Shown here: piece by piece, positions 1 through 9,654 of the stretch | How the letters are laid out: every line of letters begins with the position of its first letter | Position numbering within the stretch: position 1 is the stretch's first letter | Virus record (IMG/VR): IMGVR_UViG_3300029922_000014 | Location: 32,001 to 96,000 of that record | Direction: 5' to 3' (one strand) | Length of the DNA: 64,000 nt | Source of the DNA: a virus | The notes under the pieces: generated by a model | Told to the model about the DNA's origin: nothing | What the model saw: only the letters and a program-made list of their open reading frames with translations | The model's database searches: none | Translations under genes and position numbers: made by a program

Positions 1-795
1 GTCAGCTTCACGCAGGGAGGAGTTGAACTTCTTCATCCCCTTGGGGTCGATGTTCGCGGCGTGCATTTCCTTGTGGATCACCGCCGCCTTGATCAGGTTC
101 TCGGCCTTCGCGAGGTTGGCGGTGAAGTCGGTGGGCAGTGCCTGAAAGTCGCCGGTGCGGATGTGCCGCGCCTGTCCGGCGATGTCGAGGATCTTTTGCG
201 AAGCGTCAGCAGGCGTGACCATTTCATGGCGTGCCAGAACCGCGAGGTTGTCGTCAACCATGGGGCCGGCGCCACTGCTGACAGTTGCGGGTCCGCGCCC
301 GCGTGCGTAGCCGGGGATCTTCAAAGCGCCGACCATGTCCGGTGGTTGGGGAACCTTCCGGTACAGTTTGGTCAGCGGCACGCTGGTGTCGAAGAACTTG
401 CTCTTCTCTTTCGGAAGGCTGGCGCTGAAGCGATAGGTGCCTTTGCTCAAGAGCTTGGCCACGCCGCGGGCGATGGCGTCGGCGGCGTTCTTTCCGCGCT
501 GCGTCTTGCCGAACATCAGTTCGACCGGTTGCTTGATCGGCTTCACGTTCTTGCGGAACATCGTCATCGTGTCCGCATAGGCCTTGGAAGCGGTCTTCGG
601 GAGCACGGTAAACGATTCGACCGTCTTGCCCAGGCCAGCGAATCCAGTGTCGACCAGCTTGTTGGCCTTGGCGTTCCACTTCGAGAGGTTCTTCGTGAAC
701 TGTTCGTAGGCGCTGCCGGCGTCGTTGATCGCCGGAGTCAGTTGGTCGTTCAGCCCCAGGAAGAAGGCCATCGTGAAGTCGGACTTGCCAGCCAT
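1..795 (-). CDS. tape-measure-like protein, 5' part (runs off window)
   Basis: Not in the ORF track. Manual translation from ATG at 795 gives MAGKSDFTMAFFLGLNDQLTPAINDAGSAYEQF... and stays open to position 1. GGAG-type RBS upstream; position after the tube and chaperone genes fits a TMP. Confidence 0.65.
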   Translation of the reverse strand, partial: MAGKSDFTMAFFLGLNDQLTPAINDAGSAYEQFTKNLSKWNAKANKLVDTGFAGLGKTVESFTVLPKTASKAYADTMTMFRKNVKPIKQPVELMFGKTQRGKNAADAIARGVAKLLSKGTYRFSASLPKEKSKFFDTSVPLTKLYRKVPQPPDMVGALKIPGYARGRGPATVSSGAGPMVDDNLAVLARHEMVTPADASQKILDIAGQARHIRTGDFQALPTDFTANLAKAENLIKAAVIHKEMHAANIDPKGMKKFNSSLREAD

Positions 796-815
796 ATCTC
801 CATCCTGGGGGTGAT

Positions 816-828
816 TGACACGATGTCA
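816..828. repeat. dispersed palindrome TGACA-N3-TGTCA (intergenic)
   Basis: atTGACACGATGTCAgt. Confidence 0.9.
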
Positions 829-841
829 GTTGATAACGAGG

Positions 842-1051
842 TCAGCCCTTCTTGGCGCGCTTGGCAGAAGCTTTCTCGTGGGCCTTCCGTTCCGCTTCCT
901 TCTGTTCACTGAGCTTCTTGACAAAGCGCTGAAAGCGGTCGAGCGGCATGTCCATGACCCCGACATCCGTGAATCCTCCCCCGCCGTGGTAGAGCAGGAA
1001 GAAGATGTTGGATTCGATGTCTTCAACGCTTGGAAGCTGCCGGACGAAAAA
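842..1051 (-). CDS. gp51-like / tail-chaperone T-like module, probably reached by frameshift from the upstream gene
   Basis: Frame reads FFVRQLPSVEDIESNIFFLLYHGGGGFTDVGVMDMPLDRFQRFVKKLSEQKEAERK...KKG*. It has the FxLxYH..G...V..MP..R pattern and no start codon ahead of the conserved part. Confidence 0.6.
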   Translation of the reverse strand, partial: FFVRQLPSVEDIESNIFFLLYHGGGGFTDVGVMDMPLDRFQRFVKKLSEQKEAERKAHEKASAKRAKKG

Positions 1052-1841
1052 AGTCCGCGGTGATGGGTAACCCCAGTACCCGCGGCATCTGGCACGCCTG
1101 ACAATCGAGGTTGAGCTTCAGGTTGACGCCGGTCTCGACCGCGTCGAGGGCATCGACCATCGCGTAGGTGTCGGGCATGTCGAGGTCGACGATCCAGTGC
1201 TCCGTCTGCACGATGTCGGTCGGCTTGACGTCGTCGATGCTGACGATCTGGCGCGCGAGACGGTGCATCAGGCTGGTGTCTTCGACCTTGCCGGTGACGT
1301 TCTTCATGCGCTTGGCCGCCTGGGCAACCACCTTCTCGTCGGTTCCGCGCAGGAAGCGCAGTTCGACCTTCTTTCCGCATTCGGGCAGCATGCAAACGAC
1401 GGGTTCGACGAACGTCGGCCACGGTTCATTGGTGGCGGGGTTGACGGCATCGCCTTCCATGTGGCAGTCGAGTTTGCCGAGGTCGAAGTTCTTGACCATG
1501 TTGATGTGCGGGCAGTGCTGGCACTTCCAGTTGAAGTTGTAGCCCGCGGTCGGGAAGGTCCAGCGGCGCAGCGCCAACAAGATGGCAAAGCGATCGGACA
1601 TCAGCAGGTCGCGTTGCGGGAACTTGTTCGGCAGGATGGTGCAGTTGTCGATGATGACTGCGGCGCGGTCCTGATCGGCGGAGGCTTCCGATTCGAGGGC
1701 AATCAATTCGCCCGTCTTCATCTTGCGGATGGTGACCTTGCCGTCGGGAATCTTGCCTTCATACAGGCGGCCACGCGACGGCAGCGTGATTTCGAGAGTC
1801 GGAACGGGTTGGGTACCCATGGTCGTTTCCCTTCCCGGCAC
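1023..1841 (-). CDS. baseplate hub / tail assembly chaperone (T4 gp26-like)
   Basis: ITLPSRGRLY, DRFAILLALR, two CxxC pairs, C-terminal PITADFFRP; sits between tube and TMP. Confidence 0.75.
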   Translation of the reverse strand: MPGRETTMGTQPVPTLEITLPSRGRLYEGKIPDGKVTIRKMKTGELIALESEASADQDRAAVIIDNCTILPNKFPQRDLLMSDRFAILLALRRWTFPTAGYNFNWKCQHCPHINMVKNFDLGKLDCHMEGDAVNPATNEPWPTFVEPVVCMLPECGKKVELRFLRGTDEKVVAQAAKRMKNVTGKVEDTSLMHRLARQIVSIDDVKPTDIVQTEHWIVDLDMPDTYAMVDALDAVETGVNLKLNLDCQACQMPRVLGLPITADFFRPAASKR

Positions 1842-1893
1842 TGCCGGGGGATCGGGTGATGATCAAACGCAGCGCCGCATCGGCGCCTAAAAC

Positions 1894-2436
1894 TTAGACG
1901 TAGCCGTCGGCCTCGATCGCCTTGTCGATGGCCAGGGTCAGCGAAACGCTGATCTTGTCCTCGCCGCCCATTTCGATCTCGCCGTGCGAGAAGGCGCTGG
2001 GCCACACACTCTGAAGCGTGTACCGACGCAGGTTGCTGCCGTCGGGGGCGAAGAGGTCGATGTGGCCGGGCTTGGCGTAATTCTGCTTGAGGCCCACGGT
2101 GCCGGTGCGCGGATCGTACACCTGACGCCGCCACGCCAGGAGCAGCGAGACGGTGTTGTAGTTCAGGTATTCGCGGAAGGTTGCGGTGATGTCCTCGTAT
2201 TCGGGCAGGCCGGCAAACTTGCGCTTCTCGTTGAGGTACGCGACCATCGTCGGGCTGTTGGTGACCGACGGCAGCGAAAAGCCGTTGAGCGACAGCGTCA
2301 GGACGTTGTCGTTCGAGGTCAAACCGTCGCCACCGATTCCGGTGACGTACAGCAAACCACCAGCGGCACTCTGCGGCTCCTGAAGGTTCGCAGCGTCCAA
2401 GACGCCCGACAGGAAATTGGTATCGGAAGCAACCAT
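1894..2436 (-). CDS. tail tube protein (T4 gp19-like)
   Basis: KRKFAG..YEDITATFRE, W..QVYDP.TG..G..NYAK, VWPS, LTLAID; follows the sheath gene. Confidence 0.85.
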   Translation of the reverse strand: MVASDTNFLSGVLDAANLQEPQSAAGGLLYVTGIGGDGLTSNDNVLTLSLNGFSLPSVTNSPTMVAYLNEKRKFAGLPEYEDITATFREYLNYNTVSLLLAWRRQVYDPRTGTVGLKQNYAKPGHIDLFAPDGSNLRRYTLQSVWPSAFSHGEIEMGGEDKISVSLTLAIDKAIEADGYV

Positions 2437-2456
2437 GGGAGTTCCTTCGGGTCAGA

Positions 2457-4724
2457 TCAGGCAGTGGGCAGGGTAAGCGAAGCGCCGGTGGGCAGCAGGG
2501 TCACGTCGAGTTCGATCACCTCGGCGGTGTCGAACGGAACGATGAAGAGCTTGGCCTTCATCGTCTTGTTCTGCTGCTGGAGCACCGGGTTGGTGGTCGC
2601 GTCGCAGATGACGTAGAACTGGTCGAGACCGCCGGCCGACTTGAGGCTGGAGAGCCCCGGGTTGACCAAGTCCTGGAGACGCTTCCAGGTGGTCGGGCTG
2701 TTCGGGCGGAAGTCGAGGATCCGCACCGCGGTGGCGCACAGCTTCTCAGCGTACAACAGCATGCGCCGGATCGCCACCTCGTTGAGCGCGCTGGAGACGC
2801 GCGATAGGGTGCGATTGGCGTACACCGTGAGCCCATCGCCGGTGGCGACGAGGTTCAGGATGTAGTTCACGCGGTTGACGATGTTGACGAGATTGCCCTG
2901 ATCACCGGGGTTCGGGCTGTATTCGACCTTGAGTCCGTTGACGTGGCCACGTTCGATGCCGGCCGGGGCCGCCCATGGACCGACTTGACTGTCGTTGAAC
3001 GCGAAGACCGCAGCGGCCGAAGCCGACGGCGGCAGCCAGATGTACGTCTGGTTGTATGCGTCGTAGTACTGGACCCAGGACCAGTACAGGGCGCCATAGC
3101 TCGAATTGAGCGGCGCAGTGGGGGCGTTGGCGATGTAACCGGCGAGACCGTTGTGCCAGTCCACGACCTGCTGGACCGACAGGCCAAAGGGCGGATCGAC
3201 GAGATAGATGAAGTCACCGCGGGTCTGGGCCAGGGTCAGGGCGGCGTTGATCACCGCCTGATTGGTGATGCCTGGAATGGCCAGGACGTTGAACTCGACC
3301 ACGTTGGGGTCTTGGAGAGCCTGAAGCCCGGTGGCCGACTGCCCCGAAACCGTGCCGATGTAGTCGGCGGCGGTCAGGTTGGCGATGCCGTCGGCGCCGG
3401 TGGTGGTGGTGCCGAGAACGTACGTCCCCGGGGTGACCACGCCCGCAACGAGGGTGAGCGAGGACAGGTACGCAGACGGACCGACTTCGTTCGGGATGCC
3501 CTGCACCAGCACGGTGTCGATGAAGCGCGCATTGCCGGCGGTCAGCGACAGGTTGTGGAACTGTTCCACCGGAGCCAGCGCGTTGGTGCCGAGGCTGCCT
3601 TGGGGGTACGACACGAGGATGTCGATGTTGCCCGCAGGAGCGCCGAGGATGACCGTCGGTTGGATCAGGACGCTGATGGCGTTGCCCCAGGTTCCCGGGG
3701 TGAACGCGGACAGCATGACGATGCTGGCGCCGGTTCCGGTCGTTGCAGCGGCGCCACCGGACATGCCGGTGATGATCTGCGTGACGGCCGAACCGTAGAG
3801 GTGCGTGTTTCCGTCCGTACCCACCACGGCTGCCCGCAGGCTCGCCAGCGGCGCATTGGTGCTGATGTTGGTCGCGACATAGCCGAGCAACGTGGCGGCG
3901 TTGATCGCCAGCACGAGGCTCGCCAGGGTGACATAAGCCGTGCTGCCGATCGGAACGGCGATGTGACCGCCACCGGGAGTGGTGTTGGTGAACTCGAAGA
4001 TGGTCTCGGGACTGCCATTGGTCGCGGTGATGATCAACGACGACGCAGCGATGGCAGCGAGCAGGTTCAGGAACGTCGCGTAGGCGTTGGTGCCGATGAG
4101 AACCTGATTGCCCGTGGGGCCAGACGCCACGAAGGTGAAGGTCACCGGGGTCACACCATCGCTGATGACCAGCGTGTCTGCCGCAGTCGGATTCGCACCG
4201 GCGATGAAACGGATCGAACCGGAAGCGGCAACGAGCGAGGTGCCACCGGACATGCCTGCAACGAGCAGAGCAGCCGAGGTGGTGGTGATCGCGACGTTGC
4301 CGGCGGTGCCAGGGGCGTTGCGCGTGAGCAGGACGGTGGGGATCTGCCGGGGGATTGACAGCGTGTCACCGGTGGTCGGATTCGCAGCGAGTCCGACGGT
4401 GCCAGTGGCGTAGGTGGCAGCGGCGGAACCGGTGAAGCCAGGAATGGTGGTCTCAGCGGCAGCGGCGTCGCTATGGGCGACACGCACATACTGGAGGTTG
4501 ATGCCTTCGGCCAGGGGCGGAATGCAGGACTGGATACCGTAGTCGTTCAGGACCGGCGGACCGAACTTGTTGACGAGATCCTGCTGACTGGTGCATTCAG
4601 TCGGCACGCCGATCGGACCCTTCGTGGCACCGCCCATGACGACGATGTTGGTGAGGCCGAGAGCGGGCGCGTACTGCGACCAGTCATATTCCTTGACGTA
4701 GATACCGGCGGGCTGGAATGCCAT
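2457..4724 (-). CDS. contractile tail sheath protein (T4 gp18-like)
   Basis: PAGIYVKEYDWS, GGATKGPIGVP, NVLAIPG, YLVDPP, NSSYGALYWSW, WLPPS, WAAPAG.ERG, IRRMLL. Confidence 0.92.
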   Translation of the reverse strand: MAFQPAGIYVKEYDWSQYAPALGLTNIVVMGGATKGPIGVPTECTSQQDLVNKFGPPVLNDYGIQSCIPPLAEGINLQYVRVAHSDAAAAETTIPGFTGSAAATYATGTVGLAANPTTGDTLSIPRQIPTVLLTRNAPGTAGNVAITTTSAALLVAGMSGGTSLVAASGSIRFIAGANPTAADTLVISDGVTPVTFTFVASGPTGNQVLIGTNAYATFLNLLAAIAASSLIITATNGSPETIFEFTNTTPGGGHIAVPIGSTAYVTLASLVLAINAATLLGYVATNISTNAPLASLRAAVVGTDGNTHLYGSAVTQIITGMSGGAAATTGTGASIVMLSAFTPGTWGNAISVLIQPTVILGAPAGNIDILVSYPQGSLGTNALAPVEQFHNLSLTAGNARFIDTVLVQGIPNEVGPSAYLSSLTLVAGVVTPGTYVLGTTTTGADGIANLTAADYIGTVSGQSATGLQALQDPNVVEFNVLAIPGITNQAVINAALTLAQTRGDFIYLVDPPFGLSVQQVVDWHNGLAGYIANAPTAPLNSSYGALYWSWVQYYDAYNQTYIWLPPSASAAAVFAFNDSQVGPWAAPAGIERGHVNGLKVEYSPNPGDQGNLVNIVNRVNYILNLVATGDGLTVYANRTLSRVSSALNEVAIRRMLLYAEKLCATAVRILDFRPNSPTTWKRLQDLVNPGLSSLKSAGGLDQFYVICDATTNPVLQQQNKTMKAKLFIVPFDTAEVIELDVTLLPTGASLTLPTA
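4356..4368. repeat. dispersed palindrome (inside sheath gene)
   Basis: atTGACAGCGTGTCAcc. Confidence 0.8.
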
Positions 4725-4744
4725 ATGCGTGTTCCTTCGTCAGG

Positions 4745-4936
4745 TCAGGCTGGGATCTTGGTGAGATGACCGCGAGCGATCAGGGTCTCGGTGTACTCGG
4801 TCAGGTCGGAAGCGGAATAGGCGGCCGAGGTCGCGTTGGCACCCAACTTCACCTCGGCCACGGCACTGTCCTTGCGGATGGAGATGGTGATCATCTGCGT
4901 GCGGCGGTTGACGAGACGGAAGGTGGAAGAAGCCAT
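4745..4936 (-). CDS. small hypothetical virion-region protein
   Basis: Fills the gap between the tail-completion and sheath genes; GAAAGG upstream of the start. Confidence 0.55.
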   Translation of the reverse strand: MASSTFRLVNRRTQMITISIRKDSAVAEVKLGANATSAAYSASDLTEYTETLIARGHLTKIPA

Positions 4937-4947
4937 GTGCAAACCTT

Positions 4948-6711
4948 TCAGACTTGGTTGCCGCTGTACCCGCCAAGGTAGACCTGCGCTCCGACGTTCG
5001 CAAGGAGCACAGCGGTCGGGGTTCGGGCAACGATTGTTCCGGCAACAGGTTGGATAAGCGCGGCCATACCGACGTTGACGGCAGGATCCACCGCTTGGCT
5101 GTTGGTGAACGTCGGAGATGTGTCGTCGTCCACGTCAAAATAGCCGGAAGCCGATCCCGATGCGAGCGTAGCCAAGATCAGGAGCGGCGAGTTCGGCAGA
5201 CCTGTCCAGGTATACCACGTCTCGCCGCCGACCGCGGTCACTGTCGTAGGCGGTACCTGCGTTCCGGCATGGATCTGACGAATGACGATGTTCGATACCC
5301 AGAAGTTGGCGGCGACATTCGCACCGGCAATGGTCGCAAAGATCGTCGGCGCATTGCAGACCACGAAGAGGTGGACCTTCTTCGGGATCGGAGCGGCCGG
5401 CAGCGGCTTCGCGTAACTGGAGGTGTTGGCACCCTGAACAGTGACCGCACCGAACACCGGCTTCGTGTCGGCGGCAGAGGTGAAGGTATAGGTGAAGGTA
5501 TTCGCGCCAGTGACGGTGATGACGAATGCGCCATTGTACGCACGTGGCTGCGCACCGCAGACGGTGACCGTCGAACCGTTGGGAAGACCGTGCGGCGCAG
5601 TGGTGGTTGCAGTCACGGTGATTGTTCCGGAAGCGAACGCCTTGGTCAGCGTCACGCCAAGAATCGGCGTCGGCGTCTGCCCCAAGAGCAACGTCACCGG
5701 CTGGTCGGAAACGTAGGTGAAGCTGATTGACACGATGTCATTCGACGTCGCGAAGTCAGGAACGATGATCCGTTGGATGATCGGCACGGTGTCGGTTGGT
5801 GCATCCACCGTCATCAGCAGCGTCCCAACAGGAAAGTTTCCGCGGGTGACCTGAGCGATGGTCGCCTCCCCGGTGACCGGCCATTTGACGCTGATCATGT
5901 CGGTGTTGTACGGGATGCTGAACAGATTGTCGGTCTGGTACGCGTAGCTGCCCACAGCATCTGCCACCGCAGGAACATCCGTGGGCGCGGCATTCGGATC
6001 GGGCAGGATGACATCGAAGCCGATCGCCTGCACCTGCGGTGCTTCAGGCGCAGATTTGAACATCATCCACGTGCGCAGGTTGAAACTGTATTCGGTGCGC
6101 AGATAGCGGTAATCATCTCCTTCGAGATCAGAGAGGTCGGAGGACCCCTCATAGCGCAGGCGCTGATTCATCAGGCCCCAGGGCTGGCGATGCATCACGG
6201 GCAGCAGCCATTCGTTGTGTGCCAGTCCTGGGTATGAGCCAAAGAAGGACAGGAACCATTCCTTGATCACAGCTTCGGTGTTGCGGTTGAGACACCACGC
6301 GGTGACGGTGTACGTGGTGGTGTAGTGTCCTGGCCACTCATGTGGGATGTATTGCCCGGTCACCGGGTTGTAATCTCCGGCCTCGAACATCTTTGCAGGA
6401 CCGGCCAGTTCAGGATCGGGCTGCGGTTCACCGCGCTCAAAGGTCAGCATCGGCAGCGGAAACACAGAGAAGTCCTTGGCATTCGCCGTTGCACCTTTTC
6501 CTGTGGTGGTGATCCAGCCGGTGGTGACCAGCGTATCGACAATGGTGGCGTATTCGCGGGCGGGGCTGCCTTGAATGATCAGGATCGGAACTTGGTTCTT
6601 GGCGACGCCGTGATCGGTCTGGTCGTAATCGACGAGCAGCCCTTGCAGCCACTTCACGATGGCGAAGTCGTGGATCCGGAGCGTATCTTCGTAGGTGGTC
6701 TGTTGGGCCAT
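4948..6711 (-). CDS. tail completion / sheath stabiliser (gp15-like) with beta-rich C-terminal extension
   Basis: PLPMLTFER and YLRTEYSFNLRTWM resemble gp15-type terminators. C-terminus contains the TTAPHGL...VTV.GA...YNG.FVITVTGANTFTY beta module. Confidence 0.6.
   Translation of the reverse strand: MAQQTTYEDTLRIHDFAIVKWLQGLLVDYDQTDHGVAKNQVPILIIQGSPAREYATIVDTLVTTGWITTTGKGATANAKDFSVFPLPMLTFERGEPQPDPELAGPAKMFEAGDYNPVTGQYIPHEWPGHYTTTYTVTAWCLNRNTEAVIKEWFLSFFGSYPGLAHNEWLLPVMHRQPWGLMNQRLRYEGSSDLSDLEGDDYRYLRTEYSFNLRTWMMFKSAPEAPQVQAIGFDVILPDPNAAPTDVPAVADAVGSYAYQTDNLFSIPYNTDMISVKWPVTGEATIAQVTRGNFPVGTLLMTVDAPTDTVPIIQRIIVPDFATSNDIVSISFTYVSDQPVTLLLGQTPTPILGVTLTKAFASGTITVTATTTAPHGLPNGSTVTVCGAQPRAYNGAFVITVTGANTFTYTFTSAADTKPVFGAVTVQGANTSSYAKPLPAAPIPKKVHLFVVCNAPTIFATIAGANVAANFWVSNIVIRQIHAGTQVPPTTVTAVGGETWYTWTGLPNSPLLILATLASGSASGYFDVDDDTSPTFTNSQAVDPAVNVGMAALIQPVAGTIVARTPTAVLLANVGAQVYLGGYSGNQV
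5728..5740. repeat. dispersed palindrome (inside CDS)
   Basis: atTGACACGATGTCAtt. Confidence 0.9.
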
Positions 6712-6731
6712 GGCTTCATCCTCTCACCAAT

Positions 6732-6744
6732 TGACACGATGTCA
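6732..6744. repeat. dispersed palindrome (gene junction)
   Basis: atTGACACGATGTCAgt. Confidence 0.9.
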
Positions 6745-7197
6745 GTGCGCAACCACTGCACGTCCAAGAGCGGGTTCGATCGGGCGTCCGTCGAGAAGCG
6801 ACTTCACCTGCATGACGTCGAGCATGGCGTGTGTGCGAAGCCAGAGCAGGTATTCAGACGCGTTGATGTAGGCGCGGTTCATGCCAAGAGGGGTGCGCAT
6901 CGGAATTGGCGATTGGCCGATAACGTCCACCAGGAAAAGCGTCCCTGATATACCGTAGCTGCGACGGTTCTCGGCGGTCTGAAGCAAGGCGTTCTTGGCA
7001 CCAAGGAGGATGCACATGCAGTGGTGCCACATCGGCTTCTCGCGGTCGGTGAGTTCGAGCGCCTGCAAGCCGTCGAGGTCGATGACCTTTTCGACGCTGA
7101 CCCCAAAACGGAGGTCAACGCGCATGAGCACGGAACCGTGGCCTTCGACGCGCAGGATCTTCCCGGCGTACACCGCAGGTGGGAGTTGGATGGCCAT
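6742..7197 (-). CDS. degenerate thermonuclease (SNase-like) fold protein
   Basis: YAGKILRVEGHGSVLMRVDLRFGVSVEKVIDLDGL mirrors the phage SNase-like pattern Y.A.V.RVVDGDT..VDIDLGFG.....RL.GI, but the catalytic DGDT is absent. TGATG overlap with the upstream gene. Confidence 0.45.
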   Translation of the reverse strand: MAIQLPPAVYAGKILRVEGHGSVLMRVDLRFGVSVEKVIDLDGLQALELTDREKPMWHHCMCILLGAKNALLQTAENRRSYGISGTLFLVDVIGQSPIPMRTPLGMNRAYINASEYLLWLRTHAMLDVMQVKSLLDGRPIEPALGRAVVAH

Positions 7198-7778
7198 CAG
7201 GAACCCGGGCGCTTGTTTTTGACGTTGCAGGTCACGTACAGAAAGATGTTGGAGTTCTTCCACCAGCCGGATGGGCTGAACTGCATGACCGCGTACTGAT
7301 CGTCCTTCCCGTTGAACGCCCAGTTGAAGTAGTCGCCAACCTGAACGGTGACTTGCGAGGCGTCGAGAATCGAGCACGGGATGTGGATGAGCAGGTCCCA
7401 GACGCGGTCGAAACCGTATTTCTGGAGTTCGTCTTTACGTGCGTTGCGTTGCAGGCGGAAGTTCATCCAGACCGGCGGAGCGTACACCTCGACGCCGGCC
7501 GCCTTGAAGTCAGGTGAGCCGTGGGGCTGCGTCCAGACCGACATATTCGGGTCGACGGCTTCGCGCCACATGGGATCAAACGCGGTCGTTCCGGGAGCGC
7601 CAACCGGGTCCAGTTGCGCGTCTTGCGCGGTGGGATTCTTCTTGATCGCGTAGTATGCACGCCGCGGAAAGAAGCGCTTGTACTGACCTTCGATCAAGCC
7701 GATCTGGGTGCGGACGTCCTTCGCCCAGGCTTCGGGGAACTCGGTCTGTTCAGTGGGGATGCTGGGGAGATACGGCAT
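7197..7778 (-). CDS. head closure / neck protein (gp14-like)
   Basis: DPMWRE, ELQKYGFD, QVGDYF; lies in the neck cluster with TGATG coupling. Confidence 0.6.
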   Translation of the reverse strand: MPYLPSIPTEQTEFPEAWAKDVRTQIGLIEGQYKRFFPRRAYYAIKKNPTAQDAQLDPVGAPGTTAFDPMWREAVDPNMSVWTQPHGSPDFKAAGVEVYAPPVWMNFRLQRNARKDELQKYGFDRVWDLLIHIPCSILDASQVTVQVGDYFNWAFNGKDDQYAVMQFSPSGWWKNSNIFLYVTCNVKNKRPGS

Positions 7779-8305
7779 CAGTGATGTCCTGCCATCGACA
7801 GCACGATGCTGCGTGTAATCATCCGGCGCAAGGTGGGCAGCATGCGTTGCATGCGATTGAACTGCGGGCGCCAATGGCGACGTGCAGGAATGCCTGCGGT
7901 GATGTTGCCATATTCCTGGATGTACGCGACCTGCGCCAACGTCAGCTTTGAGGTTGAACCGTCATAATTCACCGCGCGTACGTCCGGGTCGAATCCGATC
8001 TTGAACTCCAGGCCGCCGGCAGTGCGGGAGCGGATGACCTTGATGCCGTTCACGTAGTTGCCCCAGGCGATCATCGTCCGGGGGTCCAGATGATGGGCAT
8101 GCTTGGCTTTGACCGTCCACGGTGAGAGCTTTTTGCGTTTGAAGTCAACGAAGGCTTGCAGCCTGATGCGATCTTTAAAGTCCGTGACCTGGGACTCCGC
8201 GAAGCGCTGAATTGTGGCACCAACAGCCTCTGGAACGCCTTGCAGACGCGCTGCAACGAGCCGCCACTGTGGAATGATGTCCTTGGGGACGCGACGGACG
8301 GCCAT
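7778..8305 (-). CDS. neck / tail-completion morphogenesis protein
   Basis: KLSPWT..AK, LAQVAYIQEYG.....IPARRHWRP, typical of virion morphogenesis proteins. Confidence 0.65.
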   Translation of the reverse strand: MAVRRVPKDIIPQWRLVAARLQGVPEAVGATIQRFAESQVTDFKDRIRLQAFVDFKRKKLSPWTVKAKHAHHLDPRTMIAWGNYVNGIKVIRSRTAGGLEFKIGFDPDVRAVNYDGSTSKLTLAQVAYIQEYGNITAGIPARRHWRPQFNRMQRMLPTLRRMITRSIVLSMAGHH

Positions 8306-8351
8306 GGCCTTATCCGTTTGTCAGGGGAGAAGAGTTGGGTAGAGTTGCGGC

Positions 8352-8870
8352 ATGGAAAAATGGAAACCGTGCCCCAACTTCGCGCGCTACGAAGTGTCGA
8401 ACTTTGGACGCATGAGACGGGCCGTCGATATGGCACGCGGATACAAGGCGGGGGGGCTGATCCAACCAGAAGCGGACAGAGCCGGCTATCTCCGCTTTTC
8501 GCTGATCGCAGTACAGGGGGGAAAAATGGTACATCGACTTGCGCATCGACTTGTCATGGAAGCCTTCACGGGACCGCCCCCATCCCCAAAGCACGTCGTC
8601 AATCACAGGGACGGAAAAAAGCACAACAATTACCATGAGAACTTGGAGTGGACGACACACCGCGGAAATAGACTTCACGCATGCCGCGTATTGGGTTGCC
8701 GCGGTGAACGTAACGGAGGAGGCGGAAAGTTGAAAGACGCGCAGGTGCGAGAAATAAAGGAAGCTCTCCGCCAAGGCGTCATGCAAAAAACGCTCTGTGC
8801 ACAATACGGGGTCAGTAGCGCCCTTATAAGCTTTATCAATACGGGTAAGGTTTGGGCGCACGTCAGCTAA
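8352..8870 (+). CDS. HNH homing endonuclease (NUMOD4 + HNH + HTH)
   Basis: EKWKP...YEVSNFGRMR, HRLVMEAF.G, VNHRDGKKHNN..ENLEWTT..GN. Opposite strand and more AT-rich than its neighbours. Confidence 0.92.
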   Translation: MEKWKPCPNFARYEVSNFGRMRRAVDMARGYKAGGLIQPEADRAGYLRFSLIAVQGGKMVHRLAHRLVMEAFTGPPPSPKHVVNHRDGKKHNNYHENLEWTTHRGNRLHACRVLGCRGERNGGGGKLKDAQVREIKEALRQGVMQKTLCAQYGVSSALISFINTGKVWAHVS

Positions 8871-9637
8871 CCCAAAACCGGCAGGAGAGGACGACGGCGC
8901 TTGCGGATCTCTTCGAGCCATTCCGCCTCTTCTTCCTTCCCCTCCTCCTTGAGGTCTTCGCTGTCGATCGGGTCCATACCGCCGTCAGGCGTAGCGATGC
9001 CGCCGAACTTGCCGCGGATCTTCGCCAGGATCTGTTTGGCGCGGGCGGTGACGAATCCGAGGAGAATGTCCGTATCCCCGTCCGGGATCATGCCGATGCC
9101 GGAGGTTGCGTCGTCATCGCCGGTATAATGGAAGGTGTAGTCGATCGAGCACAAAACAGGAACGCGGGCAATGTCGATGAACAGATACAACTCATCGCCT
9201 TCCCAGTTCTGCTGAAAGGTCGGATCGGTGGATGCCACTTCGCGGGCGAGCTTGATGTATTGCAATTGCTGGTCGATCTCACCGAAGGGTGTTCCCTGTC
9301 CGGAGAGGATTCTGCCGATGCCATTGTTGATGGTGTCGAACGGGTCGGTGACGGGCGCCTGATTGGTCACGAATTGGACCTTGGTCACCCCCTGAATCGA
9401 CGTCGGGATGCTGGGAATGGTCGAACCGTCATTCAGCGGCCCGTATTTCTTCTGGGCGGTGTTGACGAATATCGCAGCCCGCCCACGACCAGGACGGGTG
9501 CGATTGTAGACGCGAATGAAGTCCTTGAAGCACTTGTCGAAGTCGTCTTTGTCGAGTTCGACGGCAACACGCCGCGAGCCCAACGCCGTGAGCACTTCTT
9601 GCATGACCGCTGCGGTGGTCAATTCATTGCGAGGCAC
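8867..9637 (-). CDS. neck / head-tail adaptor protein (gp13-like)
   Basis: ALG...VAVELD, ARAKQILAKIRGKFG, LKEEGKEE. Confidence 0.75.
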   Translation of the reverse strand: MPRNELTTAAVMQEVLTALGSRRVAVELDKDDFDKCFKDFIRVYNRTRPGRGRAAIFVNTAQKKYGPLNDGSTIPSIPTSIQGVTKVQFVTNQAPVTDPFDTINNGIGRILSGQGTPFGEIDQQLQYIKLAREVASTDPTFQQNWEGDELYLFIDIARVPVLCSIDYTFHYTGDDDATSGIGMIPDGDTDILLGFVTARAKQILAKIRGKFGGIATPDGGMDPIDSEDLKEEGKEEEAEWLEEIRKRRRPLLPVLG

Positions 9638-9654
9638 GGCGTTGGGCTCCTAGA

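Noticed and set aside
826-1422. -1 frameshift product / 198-aa ORF
   Set aside because: Arg/Ser-rich shadow frame. The protein-like continuation is in the +1 frame.
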